This document shows positions 53,552-64,000 of a stretch of DNA of 64,000 nt, piece by piece. The stretch is from assembly GCA_951406725.2 (NCBI GenBank), contig OX597815.1, positions 20,398,001 through 20,462,000 of the forward strand, read 5' to 3'. A program made the position numbers and the translations under genes. Numbering within the stretch: the first letter of the stretch is position 1; each line of letters opens with the position of its first letter. The stretch is from Octopus vulgaris (Eukaryota). Below the pieces are notes generated by a model. That model made no database searches and had not been told where the DNA came from. It saw only the letters and a list, made by a program, of their open reading frames with translations.

Positions 53552-53783
53552 AGGCAGCGAGCTGGCAGAAACGTTAGCACGCCGGGCGAAATGTGTAGCC
53601 GTATTTCGTCTGCCGTTACGTTCTGAGTTCAAATTCCGCCAATGTCGATTTTGCCTTTCATTCTTTCGGGGTTGATAAACTAAGTACCAGTTACGCACTG
53701 GGGTCGATATAATCGACTTAATCCATTTGTCTGTCCTTGTTTGTCCTCTCTGTGTTTAGCCCCTAGTGGGTAGTAAAGAAATA
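53552..53783 (+). mobile_element. tRNA-like SINE (family 4) with 9-bp TSD
   Basis: agctggcagaa A-box-like, gagttcaaattcc B box; TSD ggtactaga at 53543 and 53784; decayed relatives near 8905, 15470, 34415, 36230 and 55490. Confidence 0.85.
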
Positions 53784-54477
53784 GGTACTAGACTGCCTCT
53801 TGTGTTTTTTCGTAATAATTTTTTTGGCCTAAGCTGGCAGACTGTATCATCAGACCTACTTACCTTTCTTCTTCTAATCACTCTAATTGTTTCATCTGGC
53901 AAAAGCCTGTACCAAGCACTTCACACAAGCCATTATAAACCTGTGGATCTCTCTCCTGTTTCCTCTACAGATATGACCCCACAAAAATATTAACTGAATG
54001 TCAACTTCAACCTTACCAGGTAGGGGCACTTTCAAGAGTCAGTGCACCTTTTCCTTTACTCAAGCAAAAATGTTTATGTTAAAAAGAAAGAAAAGAAAAG
54101 AAAAGGCAGGGGATGCCTAAAAAACCACTTATACCAGCAATGGGAAAAATTGTTTGATCTGTGCCAGGAAAATAGGGGAAATGTTTTATAGAATTGCAAT
54201 ATCTGCAATTTGCTTTGAATTTCTTTAATGTAGGTTGATGGTGCTACAATGTAGAAGCAAGTTGCTCCTTTTTTATTTCTTCACAACTGATGGCAAATAT
54301 CTATGTGCTTAGTGGTTATCATAGAATACAAAAAAAAACAAAACAGATTTACTGGTACAAACCTAATGAAATTCAGCCTAATCGTTTACTGTATTCAGTT
54401 TTCTTACCACTTTTGAGCTTTCCTCATTGTTAGACATGGTTTTAAATGTTTGCCTGTTTAATATTTCTTTTTTCCAG

Positions 54478-54504
54478 CGAGAGTTCTCCGAGTCATTCCA
54501 GCAT
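54478..54504 (+). CDS. DNM: Candidate 27-nt dynamin microexon: (S)ESSPSHSS(M)
   Basis: tttcttttttccag acceptor, gtaagc donor; phase 2-2, frame-preserving, no stop, Ser/Pro-rich like the flanking PRD. Confidence 0.7.
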
Positions 54505-54824
54505 GTAAGCTAATCTGAACACATAAAATGCCTATAGCTACCATTTAAAATATTCCAGTTCCTTTAGCAATTTACCTATTAGTCTAGTTTCAAGATTTAC
54601 TTATAATCCGTTGTGTGTTTCTTTATATCCTTTGTTTCTGCCTTTGACATCTGAGACAGTTTCAAATAGTTTATTAGCTGGTTAGCTTATTAGTTTTTTT
54701 GTGTGTAATAGACAAGTCCTGTATTACACATCTCAACCACACTAGTTTGATATGGTACCTAAATATTGTAATAATAAAAACCCATTTTGTATAACAATTA
54801 TTGTACAATTCTTGTTGTGTAACT

Positions 54825-55020
54825 CCAGGTCAGCCTTAATTAAGGAGACTTATGGTTAAAGGTGTTCCAGCCATGACCGTCACTTCCTTTTCTTAAGCAC
54901 AGTACACACAAGACCATACAATCCAATGTATCCTCCTTTTTAAAGATGATCAGGTATAATTGGAGAGAGATTTGGCTGCTATTTTCAGCTGTTCATGTGA
55001 CCATGCAGAGGCTTCTTCTG
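54825..55020. repeat. Dispersed repeat (family 5, unclassified)
   Basis: aaaggtgttccagccatga...atccaatgt...gagatttggctgctattt also seen near 5460, 6900-7240, 44610 and 57660. Confidence 0.65.
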
Positions 55021-56331
55021 TAGCTTGTAGGTGTAGTAATAGTAGTAGGATTAGATCTAATAGTAAAACCATCTGTAGTAGTAGTAGTAGTTTTAAATAA
55101 AATTCCATACTGTTAAGTAGGTTCTCAGTAGATTTATTGCCTCTGTTAAATTTTCTTGAAGCTTAATCACTGGTAAACAGACTGTTGTAAGTTTAGCAGC
55201 AGATTATACCCACATCATTTGTTAATGTAGAGTGAGTGAGAATTACGGTTCTATTTGTATCTCTATCACTGACCAAAATTAACTTTTTAAGATATTCTTG
55301 AATTATTCATAATCACATTTCTAAAGAAATATACAATTGTGTTTCAGTGGCTTTTAAAAATAACGAAGAATTTAGAGGGATTTAGTAACACAGCTAATTT
55401 TCTCATTAATTTGTATATTAAGCCACTGTTTGGAAGTCAGCGTTATAATGTTTTCAGTAAAGTATGATGAATTGTTCGCACACTGGGAAAACTGCTTAGC
55501 GACATTTCATCCATCTTTACGTTTTTTATGTGCCACCGGCACGGAAGCCAGTCAAGGCGGCGCTGGCATCAGCCATGTATAGATGGTGCTTTTTACGTGC
55601 CACCGGCATGGAAGCCGGTCATGGCGGCACTCTGAGTTCAAATTCTGCTGAGATTGACTTTGCCTTTCATCCTTTTGGGGGCTTATAAAATAACTACCAG
55701 TTGAATACTGGGGTTGATTTAATCGACTTGCCCCTACCCGAAAATTGTACCAAAATTTGAAATCAAATTATGCATTGGCCTTGTACCAAAATTTGAAATC
55801 AAATTACGTAATGGCCTTGTACCAAAATTTAAAATTATATAATGTGAACATTTAAAAGTGAGCAGTTTTGTATCATAGAACTAGAGTTGGTTTTAGATGG
55901 GTTTGGTTTGAAAAGGGTTAAAATGAAAGGTGAAGCTTCAATGGTCTAAGAACAAAATGCTTAACAGTTCATACTTGTTTACTGATTGACAGTCATATTT
56001 TGCTGTTCAGGCTGTTGAATATGAGAGTAATTATGTATGCCACAACAATCAGAAATGTTGATTTATATCTTTGATAGTTACTACTTGTATGAGTTTTAGA
56101 ATATGTATTTCTGCTGTAATATATGTAATTATGCTCAAATAACATGTCTTTTATACCATTGAAACGCTCCCTCATCTACCCCCAAAAATATAATTGATCA
56201 ATTTTTATTTGTTTTAATTTAGGTCAGATTTAACCATTGGTGACTTGTATTATTTTTTTCCTTTTCTCAATCATTGAATTCTTGTTCCACAAAATCTGTT
56301 GCTTTACAAAACTTATAATCCTTTTCTTTAG

Positions 56332-56490
56332 GCCTTCTTCACCTGGACCAAGCAGACCTCGTGGGCCGCCAATGCCACCTTCTAGGCCAGTACCTACGCC
56401 ATCTATTCCAAGTAGACCTGCACCAAAGGTCCCAAGTAGACCAGCTCCTGATGCTCCACAGGCTGCTATGCACATGTCAAGTCAGCCTCT
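56332..56490 (+). CDS. DNM: Dynamin proline-rich domain exon: PSSPGPSRPRGPPMPPSRPVPTPSIPSRPAPKVPSRPAPDAPQAAMHMSSQP
   Basis: cttttctttag / gtaagt; 159 nt, phase 2-2; repeated PxxPSR SH3-ligand motifs. Confidence 0.93.
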
Positions 56491-57174
56491 GTAAGTAATT
56501 TATACTTTCTACTTTCATTTTCATTCACTGTTAAATCCAGCCCAAACCCCCCTTTTCTACAAAGTGGCCTTTGCTCTTTGGAGTTGGTTGTTCTCATGCC
56601 ACCTTTATCCAAGCATTCCAACTAACTCATCTTTCCTCTTATCACCCATTTTTTTTTTTTTACCCTCTTTCTACAATCCTTACACTTACTGTTATGACTG
56701 GTTCTCCCTCCCGTCCTAGATAGCTGGTCCTCTGTAATCTACTCAGGCCCTAGGGAAGTAACTGGCTCAACCATTTTCCTTTATCCAGAAAAAACCCCCC
56801 AAAAAAACCTATAGTCAAAACAGCATTAGTAGAAGCCTAGGCCTTCTTTTTCAGAGTCTGAACATCTGTTGAATTGTAAAGAGTAAGTGTACAATACATT
56901 AGAGAATAGTCCCAACACTTCTGAGGTACAGGAACTGTTGCATAAATACATTCTAAACTATATTAAAAAAAGCTATTTGAATGGTTAGGAAACCTTTGCT
57001 CATCAACTCACCACAATTATGAACATGTACTTGCACGCATACACACACACACACAATCAGAATCTCTGTCCTTGATCACCAGTTTTTCCATTCCTTTCAC
57101 TTATATTAAACTAAATCCCTTAAAGTTTTTTTACAATTTAAAATAGCATATTTGTTTTAAACTAGAGTTCTCTT

Positions 57175-57578
57175 CTATATTTAAGAGATGAGGAATTATG
57201 TACATTATTTACATTTGATGGATATTTGTCCTCTTCTTGTTTGTTGTTAACACAACATTTCGGCTGATATACCCTCCTGCCTTCATCAGGTGTCTTGGGG
57301 AAATTTCAAACCTGGGTTCTCATTCCTAAGGTATTTTTCGATATTATTATTATCATTATTATTATTAAGAGCGCGGGCTACTAACCCCAAGATTCCGAGT
57401 TCAATCTGAATAATAATAATAATAATAATAATAACATGGAAAAATACCTTAGGAATGAGAACCCAGGTTCAAAATTTTCCCAAGATACCTGATGAAGGCA
57501 GGAGAGTATATCAGCTGAAATGTGCTAAAAACAAACAAGATGACAATTATCCGTCAAATGTAAATAATGTAAATAATG
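57175..57578. mobile_element. Composite element: inverted Penelope-like repeat + tRNA-like fragment + Penelope-like repeat
   Basis: arms are reverse complements; hammerhead-like cores at 57249-57294 (-) and 57484-57525 (+); TSD tagagttctctt at 57163-57174 and 57579-57590. Confidence 0.75.
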
Positions 57579-57976
57579 TAGAGTTCTCTTACTCTCAAAC
57601 TGTGCTGTACATTTTCTTCATGTGTTAAGAGGTTGGTGTATGTTACTCATAGCCTATGAAGACTGCTGATCAAAGATGCCCATCCCATCCTTTTTGCATA
57701 ACCTGCACTGGATTGTCCAATGTTTTTCCTTTTTCAAAGATGGCATGGTTTGTCTTGAGGGAGATTCAACTGCTATTTCTAGCAGGCTGACCTAACCAAT
57801 TAGAGATTCTCTCATTGGCCTGGGGTAATGGAAGTTCTAGTCCATAAAGGGATGTAATCAGGTTCCAAACCTTTTGCTTCCAATTCCCACTGCCCACTCT
57901 ACAAAGAACACTCTGTTCAGTTCTCTTTAGTTTCTTTCACATTTTTCTTTGCAGTTTACATTTTTGTCATTTTATA

Positions 57977-58541
57977 TCTCTCTATATATAAACGGCAAAA
58001 TGTCTGTGTGTGTGTGTCCTTTATACAAATCCACAATTTTTCAGTTAGAGGGCTCGCACTGTCTATGGTCATTCAAAACCGTCCAAGGGTGGTCGTGCAC
58101 ATCTTTACATTTCCCCTGTCACCCCGCAAAGCCATTAAAAAATCAATAGAAGTGACTTTTTTGTGAATTTTCTATCCCAAACCCAATCAAAATGCCCAAA
58201 ACTTGATACGCCAATTGAATGCCAGCTAGCTGTATGTGATTGGTTGGAGATTTGGACAGTACTCGCGTGTATGTGCACACGCACGCAGCTGTATATGCAT
58301 GCACTAGCACTATGACCCGGCGTTGCAAAGCCATTAAAAAATTAATAGAAGTGACTTTTTTGTGAATTTTCTATCCAAAACCCAATCAAAATGCCTGACA
58401 CTTGATACGCCAATTGAATGCCAGCTAGCTGTATGTGTTTGGTCGGAGATTTGGACAGTACTCGCGTGTATGTGCACACGCACGCAGCTGTATATGCATG
58501 CACTAGCACTATGACCCAGCAACGCCGGGTCATAGTGCTAG
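57977..58541 (+). mobile_element. Non-autonomous Helitron with internal ~199-bp tandem duplication
   Basis: A|TC start, CTAG|T end, terminal hairpin actagcactatgaccc...gggtcatagtgctagt, duplicated block starting at 58126 and 58325. Confidence 0.8.
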
Positions 58542-58725
58542 TCTACATTATAAGTCCTATAACTGGGTCCAGTTGAATAATCTTTGTGCAGACTTCATTT
58601 TAATAATTCCTGTAATTTTGTTAATTCTCCTTGTAAAGGTATTCTACGTTTATTGTAATCTGATTCTAAATTGATCTTTGTTTCTTTATATATTGATCTA
58701 CTTTTTTTGATTTCTTTAATTTCAG

Positions 58726-58792
58726 TCGCCCAATCCCTAGTATTCCACCCAGGATCCCTGAGCGACCATCGATGCCACAGCGTCCTCAGTGA
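58726..58792 (+). CDS. DNM: Dynamin terminal coding exon: (L)RPIPSIPPRIPERPSMPQRPQ-stop
   Basis: tttcag acceptor, phase 2, three PxxPxR motifs, TGA at 58790-58792. Confidence 0.9.
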
Positions 58793-61700
58793 TCATGGGA
58801 ACTGTGCCAGAGAGAAAGAGACACACAGAGATGTGCATTAAGTACATATTGCAGCTAGATCAAACACTCATATATTCCCCTAGAAACAATGATTTGAAGA
58901 TTAAGATAACTTTTGAGGAATGGACGAAAACAGAACTATTTGCAGCAGTAGCAGCACTTCCCATTGTCATTGCAATTAATACCACTAACAAAAAATTTCT
59001 TAATTACAAATGTTTAATTATGGTCACTGTTCAATGAACATTATCACTAATAATAAATAATAATAATAATGATAATTACGACTAAAATACCAATCATAAA
59101 ATGAAACGCTAAAGGAAATCTACACAAAGTGATTCTGTTATTGCTGTTATATTGTTATTGTTATTATTATTAGTACTATTATTATTATTATTGGAAACCA
59201 TACATGGTGTGTATTCCTTTAGCAAAACTGCTCGTTACAATTTTATGATCTAATTAGGCAGTTACACACATTAGGGAAAAAAAACAGTATTTTTTTATAA
59301 CAAAATGTAAAAAAAAAAGTGTATTGAAATAAACGAATTTATAGTTTATGAACATTTCTTTTTTTGTGACCACTAACATTTTTAGAGACTTAGTTGGTTT
59401 TAAAAACATTGTCAATTCGCTGCAAATAGTGCAAATATAAATAAGGTCATGTTTTATTGATGGGCACTAGTAATTAGCCTTCCAAAACACCAAAGCTCTA
59501 AATTTTAATTGACAACCAGTCAATACTCAACTAAACTTTTATTGGTGTTTATCAAGCAAGGAATTAACAATAAATTCTAAATTCTTCAGTAAGGCTTGTT
59601 TTGTTCGACATGACTGATCCACTACGATTACTATTAAATTGCCCAAATAATTTTAATATATTATAAAATGATATTTTAGATGCGGTAATGGTTTATCTAA
59701 AATTATAATATATTTAAAAGATGGAAAAAAAATAATAAACATTATTTAAAAATGGAATTTTAATTATTGAAAAAAAGAAATGTGCTAATGACATTTGTTT
59801 GGTGTGGTTAAGTTTTGATAATTGTTTGACAATGAATGAAACTATTAGGTTTTGAGAGAAATTTAGTTTTCTCTTCTGGCATTCCTAATGGTATTCCACT
59901 TACAGGACCACTACCATTTTGAGCAATAATAACTGTTACATGTAGCTTATTGTTTTTACTAGATAGTAAATAAACAAAATCCTATTAGATATATTATTGA
60001 TGTATGTGATGTGGAAAAAGGGAGAAATAAAGTATTGGTGCGAAGAAGCAGAAGAATGAATGAAAGAGGGAGATGGAGAAACAGTGTGTGTGTGTGTGTG
60101 TATATATGTGTGTGCATGAGAGAAGATGTAGTTATTGTTAAAACACAATATGAAGTGTTTTCTTCCTAATGCTATTGTTAATTGTGGAGATGTGGTAGTT
60201 AGTTAAGTCATAGATATATATATATATATGTGTGATTGTGTTTGTATGCAATATATATATGTATATATATATATATATATACACACATATATATATACAC
60301 ATACACATGCAGAAACATAGTGTTACTTGTAGATGCTACTTCTAATCTTACTCAGTATTTCTGTAAGCCAATTAATACTAATCAATATTTCTGTAAACTT
60401 TGATGCAAATTAGTTTTTTTTTTTTGGGTGGAAAGTAATTGAAATTGTTGTGATTTCATTGTAAATATTGTGAATTAATAACTGGATGTTGTTACCTCCC
60501 TTCTCAGTACTGTTCACAAATCTCTTCTCAGTTGGAAAACTTTGGAAAGTTGTACACTCTGAGGAACTATTCACTTTGAATTTGTTTACAGAGAATTTTC
60601 CTGGCATTTATTTTTTAGTTTACAAAAACCTTAGATTTAATTTCTTTATTAAATTTAAATTAATTTATCTCTCCTTTTCTCTCTCTCTCTCTCTCTCTCC
60701 TACATACACATACAACACATGCACACACATATATTACTTTTTTTCTTTTTATAATCTAAATTCTTTAAATGCAGGTGGTTTTCTTTCATTGTTTGATCAA
60801 GGGAATTTATTGTTGTTAAATACTGTAATTTCTCTACCTATATTTAATGTTTTTGTTTTTAAATGAAATTTCCATTTAAAAAAAAAAAAAGGAAGGACTT
60901 ATACAGTAATAAAGATTATTTCCCCCTACCCCCACACATGCACATTTAAAATAAATAAGTACAGATTATGCTTATATCTACCTTGAATTTGAGATATTGC
61001 TCTTCATATGCACATCTGTATAGATATGTTTATGAATTCCAAGAAGTACTGTCACAGATGATGATGGTAATAATATCTGTGGTACATCTTTATTGGCATA
61101 CACACACTTTTACCTCTTGTATGTATGCGTAGACAAACATATACACAAAAATTAAACTCAACTAGAACAGGAACGGGTTACAGAATATCTATGGTATATA
61201 TTCTGTAAAAGCACCAACAAATATTACCAAACTTTTAAAACACATTCTGTTGATATCCTACTTTTACAAGGCAAGATGAGTTATAGAAACGAAAGTTGGA
61301 CCCATTATTTTATTAAACATGTTTTTATGTTTCTATTTAACCGACATTTTGTCAGCTGGTTAATCAAATATTGAACGCTTTTTTTTTTTACTGTGTATGT
61401 TTTATATATATATATCTATGTGCAGGTATAAAACTATCTATATGAATATATGTATACATGTATGGAAATATTAGATATAACAATATCTTTATATGTTTAT
61501 GTATATATGTGTCGGGAACTATTTATATATAGGTATACAAATATCTAAGTATTCATATACATTTATGCATATATGTATATAAATACCTATATACAAGTAT
61601 AAAAATATCTATTTGCATATATGCATACATATGTAAAACTATATATGTATTCATATACCAAAGTACCTGTATATGCATTGTATATAAAATATCTATGTAT

Positions 61701-61950
61701 ATATGCATATGTATATAAAAATATCTATCTATATATATGACTGTATAATTATGTGTATGTGTCTACATATATGTATGTGTGTACGTGTATATCTATGTTT
61801 GTATGTGTGTATAAAGCAAAACTTCGTGCAAATGTATATTAAACATCTATATGTGTTGTGTCTTTTCTTTAAACGTAGCCAGGTTTGAGTTTATTAAAAT
61901 GTCTAATTATTAAGTAAATTTTGTACAGTAATTGTACTAAAATAAATAAA
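58793..61950 (+). other. Probable long 3' UTR of dynamin (end uncertain)
   Basis: No recognisable SINEs after the stop; AU-rich; AATAAATAAA at 61941-61950, with other AATAAA hexamers upstream and near 63159, 63251 and 63459. Confidence 0.5.
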
Positions 61951-64000
61951 GGTATATGATTAAGAAATGGTAGCTTTCTTAAATCTGTATATTTAATTTA
62001 AAAAGTAATTTTTTATTTTAGAAATATACTAACATGAGGTGATATTAAACAAAATGTGCTGGAATTTGAAAAGAAGACATAAACAGCCTCTGCCCTACTT
62101 TCTTGAATTGGTGCTTATAATAATTAGTATCACTTCACTGCAAATATCTTTACAATTATAATATACTAATGTAATAATGCATTCATAATATACTAGGATA
62201 ACAATTTTTTAACTACTTATACTTAGTCATCTAAAGTTAGTTAGTAATACAACCTTGTTATTTTGAAGATGTCATATTTTGTAGCTACTTGAAGGTTTTT
62301 CTATACTTTTGTGTAAAAATGGGTTGCCATTGTTAGTTTGGATTTTCCAAGAGCTTCAGGCTATATATTTTATTTTTTTAATTTAAAAAAAAAAAAAGGA
62401 AATCTGTCAGAAATAATTATCCTGAAATTATTGGAAAGAAAGCCAGAAAAACAGGATAATTTCTTCCACTTTACTTGACGTGGTGTTTAATTTCGACTTG
62501 TGACATTTTTTTGTGTGAAAAGTAGTCAAATTATTCCCAGTTGATCCACAGTGAATTGCCTTTATTTTATATAAACCTTTGCATATCTGGAAGTGGATAT
62601 CCCAAGCAACTCTTTTAGTGGAAACACAGTAAATGATTGTTATTATTGTTATTTTTTTTTAAGAATTTACAAAATGTGATTACTTAATATTTTTTTAAAA
62701 ATTAATAACTATATTGATATCAGTTCTCTAATTTTTTTTTAAAGAATATACATCCCTTCCTTTAAACACTTTAATCTTTTTTTTTAAGTTTTCCAGGAAA
62801 ATTGATTTTTTTTTCTTTTTCTGTTAGCAAATTTTGATTCTGAATATGCAACTAACATGGTATATTAAAGTGGTAAATTGTCAGATTATAGTCTAATTAG
62901 GTTGTCTAATCTGTGATCATTTTAGATTAATATCACTTTATGTTTCATTTATATTTTTCATTATTCATTTTTATATTTATACTTTGTTATAAACAAACAA
63001 AATTAAGTAGTCTATCGAAAACAAGTTTTGGGGAGAAAATATTTTCATTTGGCTATTTGCTTTATAATCTTATTCTATTTGCTCAATATTTTATTTCCCC
63101 CCTGCCTAAATTTTCAGATGTAGATTTACTTCATACTAGTAAAGCCACTAGTTGATATAATAAAGTCTTGGTATAAATTATATATATATATATGACATAT
63201 ACTAGTGTCTATTTGGAAAATACTTTTAGTATTTGTTTCTGGTTTTATACAATAAATGCAAGGCACTAACAAAAGTTTATAGCAACTTACAATAGAAGTG
63301 TAGTTACAATATTTTCATAATTTTCTTTCTATTATTAATTTCTAAATTGATATTTTTTCATTGGTAAAATATTTTCTGTCAATTTTCTTTTGATCTCTAG
63401 AAATTAATTCATTTTAAAATAAAGAAGAAAAAAAATTCTTTTACACTGATTGTTTTGCAATAAAGTTTCACTTAATGAATCTTATTTCAGAATAATAAAA
63501 TATAGATTTTTTTTTTTTTTTTGAAATGAATTGTTGATACAATAATTTTTATTGTCACATACAGTAAATTAAAGAGAAAAAAAAAAAAAAAAGAGAAGAA
63601 AAAAAAAAATCATTGAATTAATTTTGTTTGTCTATTTTGTGTTCCATTAAATATTTTAGACTGATAGAGATAACATATTAGGGCTTTTGTTTCTTTCATA
63701 TAGCATAGTTTTAATGTTAAACAAAAAAAAGTCAGTAATTGTTTCTCTTAACTAGAACTGCTATAAATGTTTCATTACTTTGGGACTGTCACATTTAATA
63801 TGTAGCGTACAACTCTAACATTTCCTAATTTTATCAACAACATCACAACCATGCCTAATTCAAAAATAAACATTCATCTTTGGCTTCATAAATTAACACA
63901 ATCTTAATTTTTTCTTTTTTCAGTATTACTAAAATGTTTCGTCAAGGATAAAAAATAAAAAATATTCGAATATGTTTGTGTAGATAGATGCATCCAAATA

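Noticed and set aside
56230-56475. Gly-rich minus-strand ORF
   Set aside because: Antisense shadow of the proline-rich exon

Overview
AT-rich, repeat-dense animal DNA. The SINE families and microsatellites suggest an octopus or other coleoid cephalopod (inference). The window holds the 3' half of a classical dynamin gene on the + strand: end of stalk, PH domain, GED and proline-rich domain, read by hand as GT-AG exons between 2319 and the stop at 58790-58792, followed by an apparently repeat-poor 3' region. The ORF track misses most of this gene. Main observations: (1) a duplicated, phase-matched PH-domain exon pair (12089-12198 and 23978-24084) that looks mutually exclusive and swaps the membrane-binding loops; (2) a 27-nt Ser-rich microexon (54478-54504) at the position of the dynamin phospho-box; (3) a composite tRNA-head plus Penelope-like terminal-repeat element carrying minimal hammerhead ribozyme motifs, with an inverted repeat and a 12-bp TSD; (4) a SINE family with tandemly amplified putative pseudoknot modules; (5) several long intronic hairpins that could be ADAR substrates. 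Repeat family names come from motif recognition only; no database search was run.
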